Source: Rhabdothermincola salaria (GTDB lineage: Bacteria; Actinomycetota; Acidimicrobiia; Acidimicrobiales; Acidimicrobilacustridaceae). From it: a DNA stretch of 64,000 bases. Made by a program: the position numbers and the translations under genes. Shown here piece by piece: positions 60,915 through 64,000 of the stretch (positions are counted from its first letter, which is position 1; each line of letters starts with the position of its first letter). The notes below the pieces were generated by a model. That model saw only the letters and a program-made list of their open reading frames with translations. It had not been told where the DNA came from and did not search any database. The stretch lies in contig NZ_JAJQXW010000001.1 of assembly GCF_021246445.1 (NCBI RefSeq), forward strand, positions 1,382,168-1,446,167, given 5' to 3'.

Positions 60915-62143
60915 GCCTTGAGGATCTCCCGCCAGGGCAGGTCCTTGTCGGGCTGGATGTCGCGGGGGAGCCCCAGGGCCCGCTCGGCGATCATGTTGCG
61001 GTGCACCTCGTTGGTGCCACCGCCGATGCGGGACGAGAACTGCGAGAGCACCAGGTTCTGCCAGAAGCCCGCCTCGGGAGCGTCGGCCCGGTCGAGCATG
61101 CCGCCGGGGCCCTCGACGGCCACCCCGAGGTTCACCTTGATCTCGGTCGACTGCGTCGAGAAGTTCTTCATGACCGACGGATCGGGCGGGGTGCCACGGC
61201 GGTGCATGACGAAGGTCTGCATGCGCAGGCCCATCCACGACAGCATCTTCTCGCGGGAGTACACCTCGGCCAGACCCTGGCGGACAACCGGGTCGTCGGC
61301 GCGCCCGAAGGCCCTGGCGGTGGCCAACAGCGAGTCGAAGCTCGAGGCTCCCCCGCCGCCCGAGCCGATCATGCCGGCCTCGCTGGTGAGCACGGTGCGG
61401 GTGACGGGCCAACCACCGTCGACCTCGCCGACCACGTTCTCGGCCGGGATGCGCACGTCGTTGAAGAACACCTCGTTGAAGTGCGACTGCCCGGTCGCCT
61501 GGCGCAACGGCACCACCTCGATGCCCGGGGTCCTCATGTCGACCAGGAAGAAGGTGATGCCCTTGTGCTTGGGGGCTTCGGGGTCGGTGCGGGTGATGAG
61601 GATGCCGTAGTCGGCGTGCTGGGCCTCGGAGTTCCAGACCTTCTGGCCGTTGACCACGAACTCGTCGCCGTCGCGCACGGCCCGGGTGGAGAGGGCGGCG
61701 AGGTCGGAGCCGGCGCCCGGCTCGCTGAAGAGCTGGCACCAGGACTCCTCCCCGCTCATGAGCTTGGGCAGGTAGCGCTCCTGTTGGGCCTGGTCGCCGT
61801 GGCGCATGATCGGGGGACCGACCAGGGACTGGGCGGCCCCGAAGAACCCGGCGGACACGTCGAACTTGGCCGCTTCCTGACCGAAGATGATCGCCTCGGC
61901 GGGTGTACCCCCCCGGCCACCGAACTCCTTGGGCCAGGTGATCCCGGCCCAGCCGTTGTCGTAGAGCGTGCGCTGCCAGGCCCGGGTCTTCTCGAAGTAG
62001 GCGTGGGCGGCATCCTCGCTGTCATCCACCGGCCCGCGCGACCAATCGGCCTCGGTACCGGTCTTGCGCGTGGCGTTGGCTTCCAGGAAGGCGCGGATCT
62101 CGGCCCGCAGGGCGGCTTCCTCGGGGGATTCGTCGAAGTTCAC
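60911..62143 (-). CDS. Acyl-CoA dehydrogenase family protein
   Basis: WPKEFGGRG, CQLFSEPGAGSDL, NGQKVW, FNEVFF, GGTNEVHRNMIAER. Confidence 0.95.
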   Translation of the reverse strand: MNFDESPEEAALRAEIRAFLEANATRKTGTEADWSRGPVDDSEDAAHAYFEKTRAWQRTLYDNGWAGITWPKEFGGRGGTPAEAIIFGQEAAKFDVSAGFFGAAQSLVGPPIMRHGDQAQQERYLPKLMSGEESWCQLFSEPGAGSDLAALSTRAVRDGDEFVVNGQKVWNSEAQHADYGILITRTDPEAPKHKGITFFLVDMRTPGIEVVPLRQATGQSHFNEVFFNDVRIPAENVVGEVDGGWPVTRTVLTSEAGMIGSGGGGASSFDSLLATARAFGRADDPVVRQGLAEVYSREKMLSWMGLRMQTFVMHRRGTPPDPSVMKNFSTQSTEIKVNLGVAVEGPGGMLDRADAPEAGFWQNLVLSQFSSRIGGGTNEVHRNMIAERALGLPRDIQPDKDLPWREILKA

Positions 62144-62227
62144 GCCTCGACTCTAGAACGGGGTTCCTGTTCGGTTCGAAACGGCCGGGGGGACCACGAG
62201 GCGTCGGGCTCGTAGGGTGAGCGCACG

Positions 62228-62956
62228 ATGTCGCGTCCCTGCCCCGCCCCTTCCCGACACCGCCGATCACCCTGGCCGACGGCGGTCGTCCTGGCCGCCA
62301 CGCTGGCCCTCGGGGCTGGTGCCTGCACCCACGAGGACGCCTCCGGGCCACCCACCACGAACGCCGACGAGGTGGCCACGGCCGTCGACGACCCGCTCGG
62401 CTACGCCGCCTACGCGGACCCGGCCGCGCCCGTCGAGGCGCAGATCGGGGAACGCTTCGCCCTGATCCTCGACGCCGAACCCACCGAGGGCTACCGGTGG
62501 GAGGTGGTGAGCGAGGTCGACCGGGCAGTCGTGCTGCCCCTGGGCTCGCAGTTCGTGCTGCGCGACACGGTGACGAACCTGCCCACCACCACCGTGGCGC
62601 CACCTGCGCCCCCGCCTCCCCCGCCGGAGGAGGGCACCACGGACCCCGCCGAGCAGGAGGCCGACGGGGCCCCCGAGGGCGTCGTCCCCGAGGACCCCGA
62701 GACGACGGCGCCGCCCACCACCGAGGCGGCACCGACGACGACCACCGTGCCCACCCGGTCGCTCCAGGTGCTCTCCTACGTCGCCCGGGCACCAGGGACC
62801 ACGACCGTCGAGCTGCGCTACGTGCGGGTCGGCCAGCCCGACGCCGAGGCCCCCACCGTCGTGTTCACCATCCAGGTGCCCGTGCCTCCGCCGCTCTTCC
62901 CGGTTCCGGACGCCGAGGCAGGCGAGGAGGAGGAGCAGCCCGTCGAGGCCGGCTGA
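62228..62956 (+). CDS. Lipoprotein with split chagasin/I42 protease-inhibitor-like domain
   Basis: Signal peptide with AGAC lipobox; GERFALILDAEPTEGYRW...YVARAPGTTTVELRY. Confidence 0.72.
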   Translation: MSRPCPAPSRHRRSPWPTAVVLAATLALGAGACTHEDASGPPTTNADEVATAVDDPLGYAAYADPAAPVEAQIGERFALILDAEPTEGYRWEVVSEVDRAVVLPLGSQFVLRDTVTNLPTTTVAPPAPPPPPPEEGTTDPAEQEADGAPEGVVPEDPETTAPPTTEAAPTTTTVPTRSLQVLSYVARAPGTTTVELRYVRVGQPDAEAPTVVFTIQVPVPPPLFPVPDAEAGEEEEQPVEAG

Positions 62957-62972
62957 CCACGCCGTGCACCTG

Positions 62973-63407
62973 TCAGGCGGCGTCCCGCTCGTCTCGGAGC
63001 CGGGCGATGTCCTCCTCGAGGAGGTAGCCCGGGGCCACGTCGTCGTAGAAGTCGGCCGGTCGCATCACCAGGTCGATCGCCGTCCAGATGGTGCGGGAGA
63101 ACGGGAAGAACGCCAACGGAACCACCACTGCGGCCGAGGCGTCGATCACCCCCAGCACGAGCATGGGCGGGTCCGGATAGGTGATGGCCACCCCGATGAT
63201 GAGGATGCCCAGCACGACCACCTGGGCCAGGCACACGTTGAGGAACCACGAACCCAACCAGTGGCCGGGGATGCGGGCGAAGCGCAGACCGCACTGAGGG
63301 CACGTCGGGGCCATCCGGACCCAGTGGCGGAAGAGGTGGCCCTGGCCGCACACCGCACACCGACGCGTGAACCCCCGCCGCAGCACGGTGGACGGCGGGG
63401 TGGCCAT
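62973..63407 (-). CDS. DUF983 domain protein
   Basis: RCAVCGQGHLF..CPQCG zinc ribbon plus two TM helices, WTAID. Confidence 0.88.
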   Translation of the reverse strand: MATPPSTVLRRGFTRRCAVCGQGHLFRHWVRMAPTCPQCGLRFARIPGHWLGSWFLNVCLAQVVVLGILIIGVAITYPDPPMLVLGVIDASAAVVVPLAFFPFSRTIWTAIDLVMRPADFYDDVAPGYLLEEDIARLRDERDAA

Positions 63408-63566
63408 GAACCCATTGTGCCCCCGTGGGTGCCTCGCGCGGCGGGCCGGGAGCCGAGCATCTCGGGCGGTCCCCGGGGCGGTCCCCGAAAAGGCCCCACG
63501 GCGGCGGCTCATCGACCGGTGCGGCACCCCGGACGATCCCGCCGTGCACCGCTAGCCTCGCCGCCG

Positions 63567-64000
63567 ATGGCCTCGAGCGCGCACGCCCCGACCACCACCC
63601 CCGGGCCGGCCGACGGCCCCGTCGGCGACGTCGACGCCCTGGCCGGCCGCTTCCGCCTGCTCGCCGACCAGGACTTCACCGGCTACTGCCCCGTCTACGA
63701 CCGCGTCGCCCGGGCGATCGCCGACGACCCGGCCTCGCTGCGACGGTTGCTCGGACCGGCCCCCGTGAACCGCACCCCCGTCCTCGCGCTGGCGGCCATC
63801 CACCACCTGGTCCTCGCCGAACCCATGTCGCCCCTCGCCGCCATCTACCGGGGCGCCGACGACGCCGACCCCTGGCCGCTCGTGCGGGACCTGCTGCACG
63901 AGCGGTCCGACGAGGTCCGCCACCTCATGGCCACCCGTTCGATCCAGACCAACGAGGTCGGTCGGTCGGCGGCGCTCGTGCCGGCCCTGGGCGAGGTCGT
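63567..64000 (+). CDS. DUF2332 family protein (runs off the window edge)
   Basis: Manual translation ...CPVYDRVARAIADD...LALAAIHHLVL...IQTNEVGRSAAL; TAGCCT -10 box upstream. Confidence 0.85.
   Translation, partial: MASSAHAPTTTPGPADGPVGDVDALAGRFRLLADQDFTGYCPVYDRVARAIADDPASLRRLLGPAPVNRTPVLALAAIHHLVLAEPMSPLAAIYRGADDADPWPLVRDLLHERSDEVRHLMATRSIQTNEVGRSAALVPALGEV

Noticed and set aside
62153..62168. KstR or LexA box upstream of the acyl-CoA dehydrogenase (TAGAACGGGGTTCC)
   Set aside because: The 3-nt spacer between AAC and GTT fits neither KstR (2) nor LexA (4)

Overview
High-GC actinobacterial chromosome segment; the gene content and the bS22/bL37 genes suggest class Acidimicrobiia (inference). 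1-15 kb is mostly housekeeping: rplY, prs, a shortened glmU, tRNA-Gln, bS22, ispE, rsmA, rpf, tatD, metG, rmuC, rsmI, ychF, bL37 and queF. 15-25 kb has an MBOAT/SGNH O-acyltransferase pair split by a dodecin gene, a queuosine-salvage hydrolase, a glutaminase fragment, a PfkB kinase and pepN. 25-43 kb is an alpha-glucan/trehalose region (glgX-treY; glgE-treS/mak-malQ-glgB) with mptB. 43-52 kb holds redox and lipid-catabolic genes. 52-59 kb is an accessory block of six Tad/Flp pilin-like genes with no assembly machinery, next to an ECF sigma factor and a repeat-tailed putative anti-sigma. Leading candidates for undescribed biology: (1) a SigH/SigR-type promoter driving a 75-aa orphan ORF, followed by three C-rich-loop hairpins resembling 6C RNA; (2) the two-cassette Tad pilin locus with a perfect BldD-box-like palindrome upstream; (3) a GlmU lacking its acetyltransferase end. 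No CRISPR array, rRNA, transposase or integrase was seen. All calls come from reading motifs by eye, with no database searches, and several start codons are best guesses.
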